The translations under genes were made by a program, and so were the position numbers. The notes below the pieces were generated by a model, which saw nothing but the letters and a program-made list of their open reading frames with translations, was not told where the DNA came from and made no database searches. A DNA stretch of 64,000 nucleotides from Raillietiella orientalis (lineage: Eukaryota). Shown piece after piece: positions 1-12,019 of the stretch; position 1 is the first letter of the stretch, and every line of letters begins with the position of its first letter. Location of the stretch: the NCBI GenBank assembly GCA_036172245.1, contig JAYWIR010000002.1, positions 5,890,001 to 5,954,000 on the forward strand, in the 5' to 3' direction.

Positions 1-1990
1 ACAGAAATCTCACCCTGCTTCCGTGAAGCGACTCTGGGAGCCTCGGTGCATAGCGTGAGTTCCTTGAACAGACGCAGGCAGGCGTGCAGGTACTGCTGAT
101 AGTGGAAGATTGGCACCCTCTGGAAGAGTCTCCCGCCACGTCCTTGCGTGGCTCCGCGAACACGCTCTTGACCTCCTCAATAGAGATTTCCTCATCAAGC
201 CGAGCTTGCTGCCGTTGGCTAAACTTCCTGCGCCTTGGTTCATGGTGGCGACCTGCTCCCTTGGGCAGAGATCTTCTATCTCCGGAACTGAGTTGCGATG
301 CTCCTGAAAGGCTTCCATGATTCCCCTTACAACGTATGCATGACAATTACGCCGTGCTGGATGCTGAAGACATCCGTGGGGATGTTCTTTTCCAGTATGC
401 CAACTTTTCCTTCGGCGTTTCGGAAGACGTACCCCTGCTCTTACTTATCCCAGCATTTCGAGAAGGAGAGATTCTGGAAGTTTAGCTCCCGGTGTTCATC
501 CCGTCTCCGTGCTGCGCGGCCAGCACGCGGATGCTATGCTCCAACCTATCACAGTCCTCGAATTTGCAGACGGTGCTATCTCGATGCGGTGTAGTCGATG
601 AGCATCTGCTGGTGGGGGAACGTTTCGGATATGCAGATGAGCCTCTTTCTCTCATGGTCTTTTTCTTCTAAAAATTCCCGATCTTCAAGGGGTGGTACGA
701 CAGCAGGGTCTGCGTGTCTCACGGATTTCCTGACTGTAGAGGACGTGGTTGATCAGCTTGTGACTTGCAGTGCGAATTCCTCGGACGGTAGCCGATACGC
801 CGTCCTTCCTTGAGTCCAGCTGCATCGTCCATGTCCTTCCTTTGGACTGGGTGATGTTGTCAAAGAAGTCGAGGTCGCCCTCGACGGTGGTGGTCTTCTT
901 TGGCGCTACCTTGCTGCTCAGGAGATCCCGCACAACGGTGCTTTCCTCGGTGCAATCCGTTCACCAGGCAGAGGTGGGCGCTTCCGGACCAGGATATCCG
1001 AAATCTGACGAGGCAACCGGGTTACGAAGAAGTCGATTCCTGGTTGTGGGGAGCGTGCGCGCGATCTTGTTCTTCACGAAGATCGCCACCCCCCTCCGTC
1101 TCCTTATGCCTCCGCCTACGAACAGCTGGACGTCCAGTAGCCACTCGAGCTAGAGGCAGATCTAGAGGTCCATCTCGTGGGTCTTCTGAAGGCAAACGAT
1201 GTTGTTACGCTCGAGAATGCATGTGATTCTTCTCTTCTCCTGGTTCCAAATTCCGTTGATGTTTTAGGCAGCGATCTCAAGGCCTTTGACTGACAAAAGA
1301 AAGGAGGTCATCAGGGATTATTTGAAGCAGTTCCCTTTCTCCTTCTTCTCATACTCGGAAGACGCTGTTTGTCCCTTCTCCGCATAAGGAAAATCGCCAA
1401 AGTTGTTCTCCGTCCCGATATGGTCGGTGCTTTCTTCCGTGGACTGCCCTTCCTTCTGGACCAGAAGGGCAGTAGTCCTCGTAGATTTCCTTGCAGAGGA
1501 CAAGGTCAGTTGGGTCGACTCGACCAATTTGGCCCTTGAGTGAAGTCAGTTCATCTTCCATCTGCTATCGCTGCTCTGCACTCGGTACCTCCTTCCTTGG
1601 TTCTTCCTGGATTACAAAGATGTAGAGCAGAAGCTCTCTCTGTTCTACTGCCGTGCTGTCCGAGCAGACCTCCTCTCCAAGTAGGATCAGGAAGTACAGG
1701 ATGCACATTCTGCCTCCTCCCACTGCTCCTCTTCGTTTGCGCTTCTTTCTGTTGGCTCTTTCGTTAGGAGAGGTCTCCTCTGCTCGTTTCTTTGCATTCT
1801 TCTATTCCTCCAGCTCAGTGGAGTCCGGGTCAACGCCTGCGCTCGGGGTCTTCACTCTCTGTTGCTGTTCTTTCTCTCGTGCTTCGAGGATCGAAGGCAG
1901 ACACGGGTTGCGTGCCGCTCCCTGAATGTTTTATTGACGACCTCTGCCAGGGAATACGAGGGGCGCCTTGTCTTAAAAAGAAGAGATGAT
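1..1990 (-). mobile_element. Degenerate LINE (APE-endonuclease non-LTR retrotransposon), 5' part: ORF1 remnant, AP endonuclease and start of the pre-RT region; runs off the window edge
   Basis: Minus-strand translation near 1290-1180 gives VKGLEIAA*NINGIWNQEKRRITCILERNNIVCLQKTH (cf. WNING and DIVCLQETH of APE). It is followed by GGVAIFVKNKI (~1095-1065), EGDLDFF (GDFN-like, ~880) and EEISIEEVKSVF (~195-160, pre-RT). Stops and frameshifts throughout; the 5' boundary is approximate. Confidence 0.75.
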
Positions 1991-3822
1991 TAGCGCTGTC
2001 TCCTAGCTTTTTTTCCTACTGGAATGCGAACAAGGAGCAGATCATTTCTCTTTGCAGCAGTTCAAGTCGATTGCTAATGCAGCAACTTCGAAGACACCTC
2101 TACACGAGTACCGTGCCAGAGTGACTGCAATTCACCATGTCTCTCATGCTTCCTGCAAAAGTCATGAGCGACCCCTGCTAGGGGTTCAGCACCATACCGA
2201 TGGTTATTTACCTGTTCCGCTCTTTTACTCGTTCTTGATCTTACCTATCGCCATGATTCCAAGTTTCCAGAAGACAATCTTCTTTTCTAAAAAAGAAAAA
2301 ATCTCTTTATTTCTTCTTCGAACTATCCGAGATCTTCATCACTCCCAGCAGTTTTTCATCTGATAATCGTTTCTTATTTTTAAATTAACTTTCAGATTGC
2401 GCTGAATTATAAGAGAATCCACGCCTGAGGAGGACGTGACCTTTACGACCTTGCTCGTGCTTTCAAAAAAGACTCCATTTGGTCTTCGCTTCCTGGAAGT
2501 CGCACTGCTGCGGGATCCCTCGCTCCTACGCTTGGAACGATTTGTCAGTGTGAGACTTGGTTAGGAAGCGCGACTTGACCGGGAAGAGAGAATTCTGACG
2601 TCATCCAACTCGCGCGTGGACGAGTCCTGACGGAGTGGCCACGGGTGGAAATCTCGCATTTCCTGCGGCTCTGGAACTCCCGCTGTTTCTCACGGAATTC
2701 TTCGTCTGTAGCTACTTCCAGGTACGGGTTTCCAGGACTCCAAACAGTCTTAGGCACGCTCTAATGGGCTCTGCTCCACCATGGCTTCATGTCCTGATTC
2801 GCACTAAAAAGCACAAGATTAGACAGAACTCTTATCTCGAGCAAGAAGAGGTTCGTAGTCATCCTGGGAAAAGGGGATCCAGCAAGTGAATCATTAATTG
2901 GTTGATTGCTATAAGAGTTGTTTGGTATGAAATTGAAATTTTCGTTCCCAAAACAGATGGCGTTGTTTCAACTACAATTTGAATGCCTTTTTAGCTAATA
3001 TAGAGCGAAGCAAAGTGCTTAGGAAAGTGCTTAGGAAAACAATAGACAATTTATTTGATAGTAGTGGACTTGGCAGAGTCAGAATAGTGGTAATAGCAGT
3101 ATCGTAATCTGAGATGGGGGAACACGCATCACGAACAGTGTGGTATTCATAAGCTAAACTCAAATTGCTCTTAAGATCCTCATTTTGAAGGAATGACATA
3201 TTGCATTACAATAAAAGAACCACTCCCTCTTTCTTAATGTTTAAAATTTATTCGTACTATGTGTACTAAAAGAAGTGTAAGAATAGGAAAAGGAATACAG
3301 CGTCCACGGAATGTCAATACCATGAAGAAAGTTAGGCTGGTTTAGGTTAGCTGCTGAATATAAAAGGGTGTGAGAGAAGTTTCTATGCATTCTGATTGTC
3401 CCGTCTCTTCGGCTTTGGAGGCTGCTTCGTAAACATATTTCTCTAAGTCCTCAGCATGAGTGTCCACGTGGCGGGTAACCGAAGATTCACTTCCTAAGAC
3501 CAGCACTCCAGAGGAAACGCTGTGGAAACGCACACAATCACGATAAAATCACCGAAGCTTTAATGTGAGCGATGAGAACTGATAGCAACTTTGCGTGATT
3601 TTGGTCCACACGAAGGAAGAAGTGACTTTGCTGAACCCAGCTTCCGTAAGCGGAACTGCAAACGGGAGTAAGAATCTTAGCATTTCATCTGAGGAGTTTC
3701 CATCTTTTGATGCGACTCTTGAGCAAAGGTGGAATGCATCACGCTCCACAGGAAAGAGCAATCCTGAACAGTCACATCGAATCTGTCAAGATTTGATGTG
3801 ACTGACCTGAAGCTGCACGCAG

Positions 3823-4615
3823 GTCCTGAAGGCACCCATCATGCTTTTGAGGTGGACCATCCTTCCCTCACGGAGAACACGAAGCCTTCCGTGGCAGCTG
3901 CCGTGGCTCCATTCAACAGAAGTCCAAATGTGTGTGCTGCTGAAGTGCGCTTCAGCAGCACAGCATCCAGCTACGCAGAAAAGAGAAGATCCAGGAAGTG
4001 ATCTAAATGGTGAAGCAGTTGCTTCTGAAGTTCCACAAGTTCAATCTTCTGATGAAACTGCAGCGGATCGTTATGTTCCTCGAAGGTGTGTCGAAAGGAC
4101 AGTGACGCCAGGAGATGGAGGATCCTCAGGCATGCTGCTAGTCTTAGGGGAATGCGTAAGTCCGGGCACCACCTTCGTGGTGGTGCAGAAGCGTCACCAC
4201 ACCCTCTTGCTCCCGTCGAGCTCCAGCGCAGGCGTGGGCCAGCTGGAAAACACGCCTCCTGGCACCGTGACGGACAGCGCTATTGTGCACCCTCTGCAGT
4301 TGGACTGGTTCCTGTGTAGTAACCGAGGAATCCAGGGAACAAGTCGTCCCAAACACGACTTCGTCCTGCACGGCGACAACGCCTTTTCGTCGGATGCGAT
4401 CCGGAAACTGACCTGTTACGTGTGCCACGTGTACGCTTGGTGCACGCGGTCGGTATCCCTTTCGGCTACCAACGCGCACATGGCCGCGTTCCGTGCACGC
4501 TATCACATGATGGACGCAGAGGGTGGCAGCGGCATCTCGGATTAGTCTGCGCTGTCCTGGAGGAACGACCGGAATACTTCCGGAAAAAATGCCCGACACG
4601 ATGTTCTTCATGTGA
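3823..4615 (+). pseudogene. Argonaute (AGO clade) pseudogene, MID-end plus PIWI domain only, probably processed
   Basis: Colinear AGO motifs across three frames: VLKAPIMLL / EVDHPSLTENTKPSVAAAVAPFNRSPNVCAAEVR / QQH...I*MVKQLLLKFHK...RIVMFLEGVSKGQ* / PGTTFVVVQKRHHT...NTPPGTVTD..IVHP..DWFLCS..GIQGTSRP..CHVYAWCTRSVS..AHMAAFRARYH / DTMFFM* (TGA 4613-4615). There are at least 4 frameshifts and stops at 4004, 4103 and 4543. KRHHT, GTSRP and CTRSVS are AGO-clade rather than PIWI-clade signatures. Confidence 0.9.
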
Positions 4616-4647
4616 GGGAGGAGCATTCGTCTACGCGCGTTGCGAGG

Positions 4648-4690
4648 ATTAAAACGTTTGCCTTCCGGTAGCGGCCAAAAAAAAAAAAAA
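4648..4690 (+). other. Polyadenylation signal (ATTAAA 4648-4653) and genomic A14 tract (4677-4690) 3' of the Argonaute pseudogene
   Basis: Read directly from the sequence. The spacing of about 23 nt from signal to A-tract is typical of an mRNA 3' end. Confidence 0.65.
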
Positions 4691-4949
4691 CTGTCAAGCG
4701 AGATGTGCTCTTACCAGAAGAGCAAGACAAGCCCGAGTCTGGGTCTTAGTGAGATGCTGTGGTACGAGCGAAAGATTGATATGCGCGACTTCTTTCTTCA
4801 GCTTCTTTCTTCGACTTCTTCAGCTTTTACCATACGGGTGCAAAGATTTGAATCCTTGCGAATCAGTTGATCCCGTAATGGCACGGAAACGGTGGCTGCA
4901 GCCTCCAGAAGTCATTTGCTTGCTGTTTCGAAACGAAGCCTGGCGCTAA

Positions 4950-5530
4950 GGTGAACAGCGCAAAGCAGTTAAGAAATTTCAGGACGCATTCCCTACCAGC
5001 CAACTTGCTTAGTAAGCGGCAGTTACCGGATCCATGTGGATCCGAGAGGCGGCACGCATCGTGGCGTCCCTTTGTTTGCTCCGGCCAGGTGGCCGAACCA
5101 TTCGGAAGCAGTGTTCAAAGCCGCGGTTCCTGTGCCAGGAGAGGCAGATGCTGAATTACTTACTTGTTTCACCTCCTGACGAAGGGAATCGAAAGCGTTA
5201 ACGAATCGCAATCGAGCCCTCGAGGTCCCTGGACAGGAACCCTGGAATACTTTCCGTCTATCCTTGATCAGTGAAGAAACGAGAGAAAAGAAAAAAAAAG
5301 GAAAATGGATGCCCACGATTCTTCGGGACATCTGCGCGGCTGCTATACAAATCGCCATCAGCAAGGCAATGGTTCGGCAAAGATGCCTCATCGATCAGCT
5401 GCTCGTACTGCTAATCTGAGGTGCGTACGCTTCATCCAAAGGGGAAATTTCGAGTGCGAGATTCTCATTAGGGGTGTCTGTACGCTTCAGATTCTTCGTC
5501 CCGTGGAGCGGTCCGTCTTGCAGCCGCCTC
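4950..5530 (-). mobile_element. Highly degenerate reverse transcriptase remnant, R2/NeSL-like non-LTR element
   Basis: Ordered minus-strand fragments RI*SVQTPLMRISH (RPI..S.L.R.FH-like), FVNAFDSL (D..NAFDSV-like) and KQRDA...IHMDPV (GVKQGD....MDP-like), with frameshifts between them. Confidence 0.4.
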
Positions 5531-6599
5531 TTGCAAGCACAGGAGAACTGGTCTCACTGAGTACGGCTCGTGACACTTCTTTTCCTTTTTTTTTTTTCCC
5601 TTTAATCTCTTGGGATGACAAATTCCAAAGCTCTCTGGGCATCAAACGAGTGGGAAGGGGAAATTCCTTGTCTCCGTTCTTCCCGAGGGGAGAGTATCCT
5701 GGTTAGTGGTTTGCTCGTCTGGCATCGCAGGATGAAACGAGGAAGCCTTCGCTGTATCCTGGCAATGCGGTTTGTTTTGCTTTTTTTGTGGATCCGCAGG
5801 CCAAAAGCGTGCTAGAGAGCCACAATTCTCTGGATTCAGGTCTCGTCCTTCCAGGAGGGCTCGTGGAAGCTACTATTTTCCGTGAAACGCTTCGGGAGGA
5901 AATTATGTTCGATCCCTTTGCCTATGCGCCTGCCTATCCTCAGTAGTCACTGAGAACATGAATCCTCCGCGATTGGCTCAATATTGTGAATCCCTGACCT
6001 CTAGGTAAGCTTTTGGGACTGATGGTAATGCGTCGACGGTTTGTCTGAGTGACCGCTTCATTTGTCACTTGCATGCACCCTCTGTGTGGCCATAGGATGT
6101 CTCAGAGTCATTAGTGACATTCGAGGAATCAACATTCCTACCAGTTGCAGGTGCTCCTGAAAACCAGAGAAATTTCTCTGTCGTTTCCCCTTTTCCCTGT
6201 TAGCATCTCAGGAAGATTATCTCTAGAATTCTACATTCCCCGAGAACGTTGTTTCTTAACATGGGAGGGTCTTCTAAGAGTTCACGCTAGAGTGATACGG
6301 AACTGTATGCAGACGTCACTGATCTGATGACCAGTTGTCTTTGAAAGAAATGCTGTCAGGCAGGCCGAGTGATCGTTTTGACGTCCGTTACTCCCCCCCT
6401 TTGTTCAACCACGTCTCCCGGTCTACCTCGATCGCCGTCGCAAGCTCAGCCGTCGACCGACTTCTGTTGTGAATTGCTCGATCGAGGGTTACAAGTGTGC
6501 TGGCATTCGTCATCTGATCCTCTTCCTCTGCAGAGAAAGAACTTTCTGTCTCTAAGTAGTCGGAAGGGACGAGCATTGTCCTCTTGAGAGCTATCCAAA

Positions 6600-7270
6600 G
6601 AGAGCTTTTCGTGGTTGCGGTCGTGGTCGTCTGTAAACTGTTTGGCTTTTCGCGCTTTCCACGAGCCGAGATTTTGTTTCCCAGAGACCCAGCCCATCAA
6701 CTGCCTGGCAACGCATTAGATCACTGCTTCCCTCCAGTTCATGCAAACTCTTGGGAAGGCCGACAGAACAATCGACAAAAGCTTCGACGAACAAATGCCT
6801 CCAGGAAGCGTCCGCCAACAGGCTCAACATGGAATTAACGAATTACATCCGGTGTGTGGAAGCTTTGGTACTGGAATCTCGCTGCAGAAGAAGAACACTT
6901 TGTGATTTCCATCACAGTGGGAACACGGAGGTGCCCGTGCACAGGGAAGGAACAGCGAGTTCTTCGTGGGGCACTCCGAGCAGATCGTTCTACCGAAGCA
7001 GTCCGGAAACCCAGTGTCAAAAATGAGTGCTTATGCCCTTCTTGCCTCCGCGCATTTCTGACAGTTTGGAGGACATTCGATTCGCTCAAATGTCAACCAA
7101 ACTCTGAAAGCGTAGCGAAGAGTGTCCGTTGCGATAGCTCTCAAGCTGCATTTCGAATCTTTTGCAATTACTATCATATCGTCCATGTGTAACCGGGGGT
7201 CTCGTATAACGCGGTACAAGGATGCAGGTTTCACGTTATACGGGATCCTACTGTATTCGAAAAACAAATA
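6600..7270 (-). mobile_element. Degenerate LINE reverse transcriptase remnant
   Basis: ORF 7031..7267 contains HMDDMIVIAKDS..LRAI...LRYA...LTF, resembling the RT catalytic motif YxDD.L.A.S...LQ and the following GL.F region. Boundaries are approximate. Confidence 0.45.
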
Positions 7271-10047
7271 CCCCTCACAAAGTCCTCTGGATGAAGCGAA
7301 AAATTCGAGGAAATCGCCTTTTCGGCTTATTCAGACTTTTGGTTTTACTTAGTTAATGACTAAGGAACTTCAGAACATCCCTCAAGGTGCTGCTGGGAGC
7401 GAACAGCGCCGTCCGTTCGCATCCTGCTGCGCGATTCCTTGCCTACTTTCGCTGGAGTTTGCCGAGAAGTTGAGGTGGTCGGTCCTCTGATGTGAGGTCG
7501 GATGTTCAGCACCGCCTCCAGATGTAAGTCTTTTGGCGCCTGTGAATGTCCCTCTCTGCTTCCGTCTGAACGGACCATGCGGCGTGTGCTGCATTGCCCA
7601 ACCCCGTTATGGTTGCTCCCGAATGCGTCGCGGGCATCTTGGATTGGGTTCCGAGACAACGAACCCTCAAGAAATCAAGAAAATCCGATCTTTCAGAAAA
7701 TCCCGCTTCTGCCTAGGTAGAAAACCATTCTCAAAAACGCCACTGTACAGTGGGGAAAAGAAAGCATACAATAGGGAGAAGCTCCGACGGCGTCGTCCCG
7801 CAAAGAGAACACAGCAGCGTCCTCGTGTTTCCTGATGTATGGAATGATCTTTGATGATCACCGAGCGCACTCCTCCGAACAAGCGCCATCCATCATTGCG
7901 ACGCGATGACTCTAATCCTGGGGCTCTACTACGTCGCGAGGATTGTTTCCTGTAATTCCTTTGCAGCAGCTGGCGCTCTCCGAAAGAGAGAAATCTTTTC
8001 GCCTCATGCCCACGTGCCCAACGTGCACGTGGGCAGCCCCGTGGTCGTGTTGGTCCCCGGAGTTGCGGCGACTGGCCGAAGATCGGTTTCCTCTGCGCGC
8101 GACTCCCCAGGCCGAAAATTAGGATGCAGGAACAGAGATTATCCTTCACTTGCCAGCCGGAAATTCCTTGGCCGGCGCAGAAAGCTGCCAACAGAGATGC
8201 TCTCATCTCTGTTCCCCTTACGCTTGGGAGGGAATCCTACCCCTGCTTGTCTCCGATTTGCACCCGGACACGCCGGGACGTTAATCACAATTTAAAATAA
8301 CCCTCATCAATTGTAGTACGGCACATGGTCTTATCATACTCCGTTTGTATGTGGAGCTGCCGGGTCTCCGGTATACTCAGACCAGCTGGGGCCACTTCTG
8401 CAGCGGAACGGGATGAGAGAGAACAAAAAGAAAAAGAAAATAAAAGAATAAATAAAAATAAATAAACAATTTTGAGAGGGTTGGCAGGGGATCACTGCTT
8501 ACTGGAGAGAGTCTGCATCCTTTCCAGGATACTGGCTAGATCCGTCCGAATAGATCCCAGGTGGGCCCATCCGGTCGCTATCTCCAGAAAGCGAGCTCCC
8601 TTCCGTCTTTCCCTCCGTAGGCTTTGCTACAGACTGCCGCAATCCCGCGGATGCAGCAGAGCGCTGCTGGGGCTGCAGTTGGCTGCAGGGCGTCCCACAC
8701 AAAGAGGAGCCGTAAGACGTCCCTGAGGGTGCCAGCCGGGATCCGGAGGGTCGTTCCGAAACTTTCCTATAGAGACCGGAGGGCAGCACGGTCCACAAGC
8801 AGGCGCGGGAGGGGGAATTCCCGTTTCCCACACCTGCTACAGTCTGGGCTCTCCCTCCCCAGTGTCCAATGGTTTAGAGAAGACCCCGGTGCAAAAGCAG
8901 CAGAAGTACTGACCCCTGCCACTTCAGGGAGAGGTCACTGCTCTCCTTGAGCACTGGGAGCCACTCCAGTCTTCGCCAGGAATGCCGAGCAGCTCACGCC
9001 AGCGCTGTCTCCGAAGGAATTGCTGAAATGAACCTCTTCCTCATTCTCTCTGGAGGAATCTCCGGTCTGTGGGAGACGCTCCTCCATTCTGTTTTGGAGG
9101 GAACCCAGAAAGGATCCGCTCCTCGTTTCCTATTCTGAGGAGAACCCGGAAGGGACGCTTTCCAATTTCTCTGAGGAACGCTCTCCTAAGGGAGCTGCAC
9201 TCTCCTTACACTCTGGTGAGATAATCCCGGGGGAAGTATGAACCCACCCCATGGTGAGACTCCCTTTTCGCAACCGGAGAGCAACCGCGAAGGGGGCTGA
9301 TGTCCTGGAAGAACTCCTGAGGGTCAACTTTCAATTCCGGTCAGTCGAGGGGGACACCCGGTGGTTTCCGGATTTCACCAGTGTGGCGGCCGAAGGCTAC
9401 AGGCTAGCCTGAGTCGTCTTGAGGGGGAGGAGAACACGAAACTCACGACGCACCCTTCGCCCTCGGCGTCGACCATCCCCCCTGGGCGGAATTCGAACCC
9501 GTGACGCTCGGCGCTGCGCGCGCGGAGAGCGCAGCCGCGCAAGGTGGTATCCACCTTCGAGGGCACCCCAACAGAAGTGCGGGCAACGGTGCGCCTGCTG
9601 CTGCCCGGATAACTGGCCGAGCACGCTGTCCTGGGAAGGCACAAAATCTGCGGCCGAGCACACGCTTTCGAAGCAGGTTGTGTCCCCGTCGGCCTGCGCA
9701 GTGTTGCCAACATTTCGGGTTGTGAGCAGCGCGGTCGTAGAGAAAGAGGATGCGCGTTTCGCGAGCTGATCCTTGAGACTTTCAGAGAGGACTGGAGGAA
9801 AATCTCCATCTGCAGGCGAGGAAGTGGACACGCAAAGCAGTCCATCAAGGTGACTCTTTTTTCCCTTTTGGATGCCTTTTTTTTATTTCTCTCTGGTTTT
9901 CAGTCAGCCAGAGCTCTTGCGATGAAGATGTGAGCGTCAGAATCTGATCCGACAAAGCAGTCCATCGGCTTGCGACTTCCAGGTCAAATTCACCCATCTA
10001 AGCTCGTTGGAAGCTCAAACTGTCCACGTCCGATGGGTTCTGATGCA

Positions 10048-10374
10048 GGCAAACTGCCCATTCCCTTTGCTCCCCTATATCTTAGGAAACTGCGATTCTC
10101 ATCTAGAAGGAAGATTTCCGTAGGTTATCTGAAGTCGCTTCTAGCACTTTAATGGTCGTTGCGTTCAGGAAGGGAGAAAAATCACTGAATGTCAGCTGGA
10201 AGAGATAGCCTTCACGAGTCCATAGATCGGGCAACCCTCGGAAACTGCTGCCCTAGGGGGACTCGTCCTGCTTCACGAACAGGAGCTCGGTTTGCTGAGG
10301 CCTGATAGGTGCCGCTAAACGCACCGGAGCCACTCGGCGCGATGGCTGACGCTACAGCGGTGCACTGCACAGCT
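10048..10374. repeat. Copy 1 of a ~326-bp diverged direct repeat (copy 2 at 11695-12019)
   Basis: Colinear similarity by eye, e.g. ggaaactgcgattctcatcta, cttctagcact, cacgagtccatagatc and ctgccctagggggactcgtc occur in both copies. Identity is roughly 80% by eye. Confidence 0.9.
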
Positions 10375-11694
10375 CCTGATGAATTGGCATCCCGAGGGAT
10401 TCTTCTCAAGACATCGGTGGCTTTACTGCTTCCATCTCCTCTGCCGGTTCCTCTGCCTATCCGATTGCCTTTCCTGAAGAATACGAAACAATTCTGTCTT
10501 TCGCCAGCTCTCGTGAAAGGATTTTGTCTTTTGTCCGCGTTGACGAGAAGGAAGAGGTCCTTCTGTTTCGCAGTGACACGGAAGCGTCTGGACCACATGA
10601 GTTTTGCTTTCGGTACGTGCTGCAGCTGAACATGGACGATCCCCGTGCTCTTTCGACTGGCCGAAAGAGTTTTCCGTTCTTCTGTGAGGATCCGCGGTGA
10701 GGAGGAAAGGGGAAAACCTTGAGCTCGTGGTTGTCTTGAGCTCATGAGCTCATGAGCTCTGAGGTGAGTCGCAGGAAAACAGAAAGAAACTTCGGAGGAT
10801 TTCGCAGATGGAAATATTTATTCTTCCGAGATTTTCTTTTGTTGGATTTCCGGGAATCTCCCACCGCAAACGTGATGGCTAGGGGCTTCTCTGCGATTCG
10901 GAGAATGCTGCTTGCGCCATCGCGTGAGTCAGCTCCAGGAGCGGTATTCCCTCACTTTCGCTTTCAGCGCCACTTCCAGCCTGGCATTTCCCAGGAATTC
11001 TCTTGAGCTTCCCGTGCCGGCAGAGTCCCGAATCACTGCGCACGCTCGAACCAATCTCTCCTTGAGTAGCGAGGCCTCTTGCTTTCTCTCTCGTTGCCTG
11101 GGTGTTGCGCTCCGCTGAGTTGATGCCCCGTCGCGGAGGCTGTGGACTTCCTGGCTCCAGTCAGCTGCTGCCGCCTCGCCTGCCGAACTTAATTCATGGG
11201 ATCCATGAGAAGATGCTGGTTGCTCGATGCTCGTCAGCTGCTCGTTTCCACGTAGAAGCAAGACGACACGCTTACCACGCTCAAGGAGCATTCCGTACAA
11301 TCCACAGAATTATGAATACACACGTAATTCTCATACAGTACAATAAGAAAAACGGATGCTATTCTAATAAGGTAGTAACAAATGCAGCCGTTCATGCGTT
11401 TGTTCCATACAAACAATTTGTGTAGATGGTGCACACACTGGCTGCATATTCGTTCCGGGGTGCGCTTGACGTACATACTGATGAGTTCACGTGCTGCTCA
11501 CTCGAGTTGCAGAAGGGAATGCAACCGTGAGTGAATTCCAGCCGTTCATGATGATGCTGTCTGCTTCCTTGCTCCCGCGTTTTTGCACCTGGAAAATAAA
11601 ACGCACGCACACGCAACCCCGTCATTCAATTATTTCGTTTCGGAGGTCGGCCATTCAATCTCATCGCATAAAAAAAGTGACAGTCATTTTGTTC

Positions 11695-12019
11695 GGCAAA
11701 CTGCCCATCCTCTTGCTGCCCAATTTCTAGGGAAACTGCGATTCTCATCTAAAAAGAGGATTTTCGTAGGATACCTGAAGTCTCTTCTAGCACTCTAATA
11801 GTCGTGGCGTTCCGGGAGGGAGGAAAGATCACTGAGTGCCAGCTGGGAAGGATGGCCACCACGAGTCCATAGATCAGGCAGTCCTCGGAAACTACTGCCC
11901 TAGGGGGACTCGTCTTGCTTCACGAACTAGAGCTCGGTTTGCTGATGCCTGATAGACACAACTGAGCCCACGGAGCCACTCAGTGAGATGGCTGTGCTAC
12001 AGCGGGGCACTACACTGCT
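11695..12019. repeat. Copy 2 of the ~326-bp diverged direct repeat (copy 1 at 10048-10374)
   Basis: Same shared blocks as copy 1. The ORF track also shows near-identical C-termini, KLRFSSRRKISVGYLKSLLAL and KLRFSSKKRIFVGYLKSLLAL. Confidence 0.9.

Noticed and set aside
3841..4545. 234-aa ORF as an intact short PIWI-only protein
   Set aside because: Only its last ~125 aa are in the AGO frame. The upstream homology lies in other frames with stops, so it is a pseudogene fragment.
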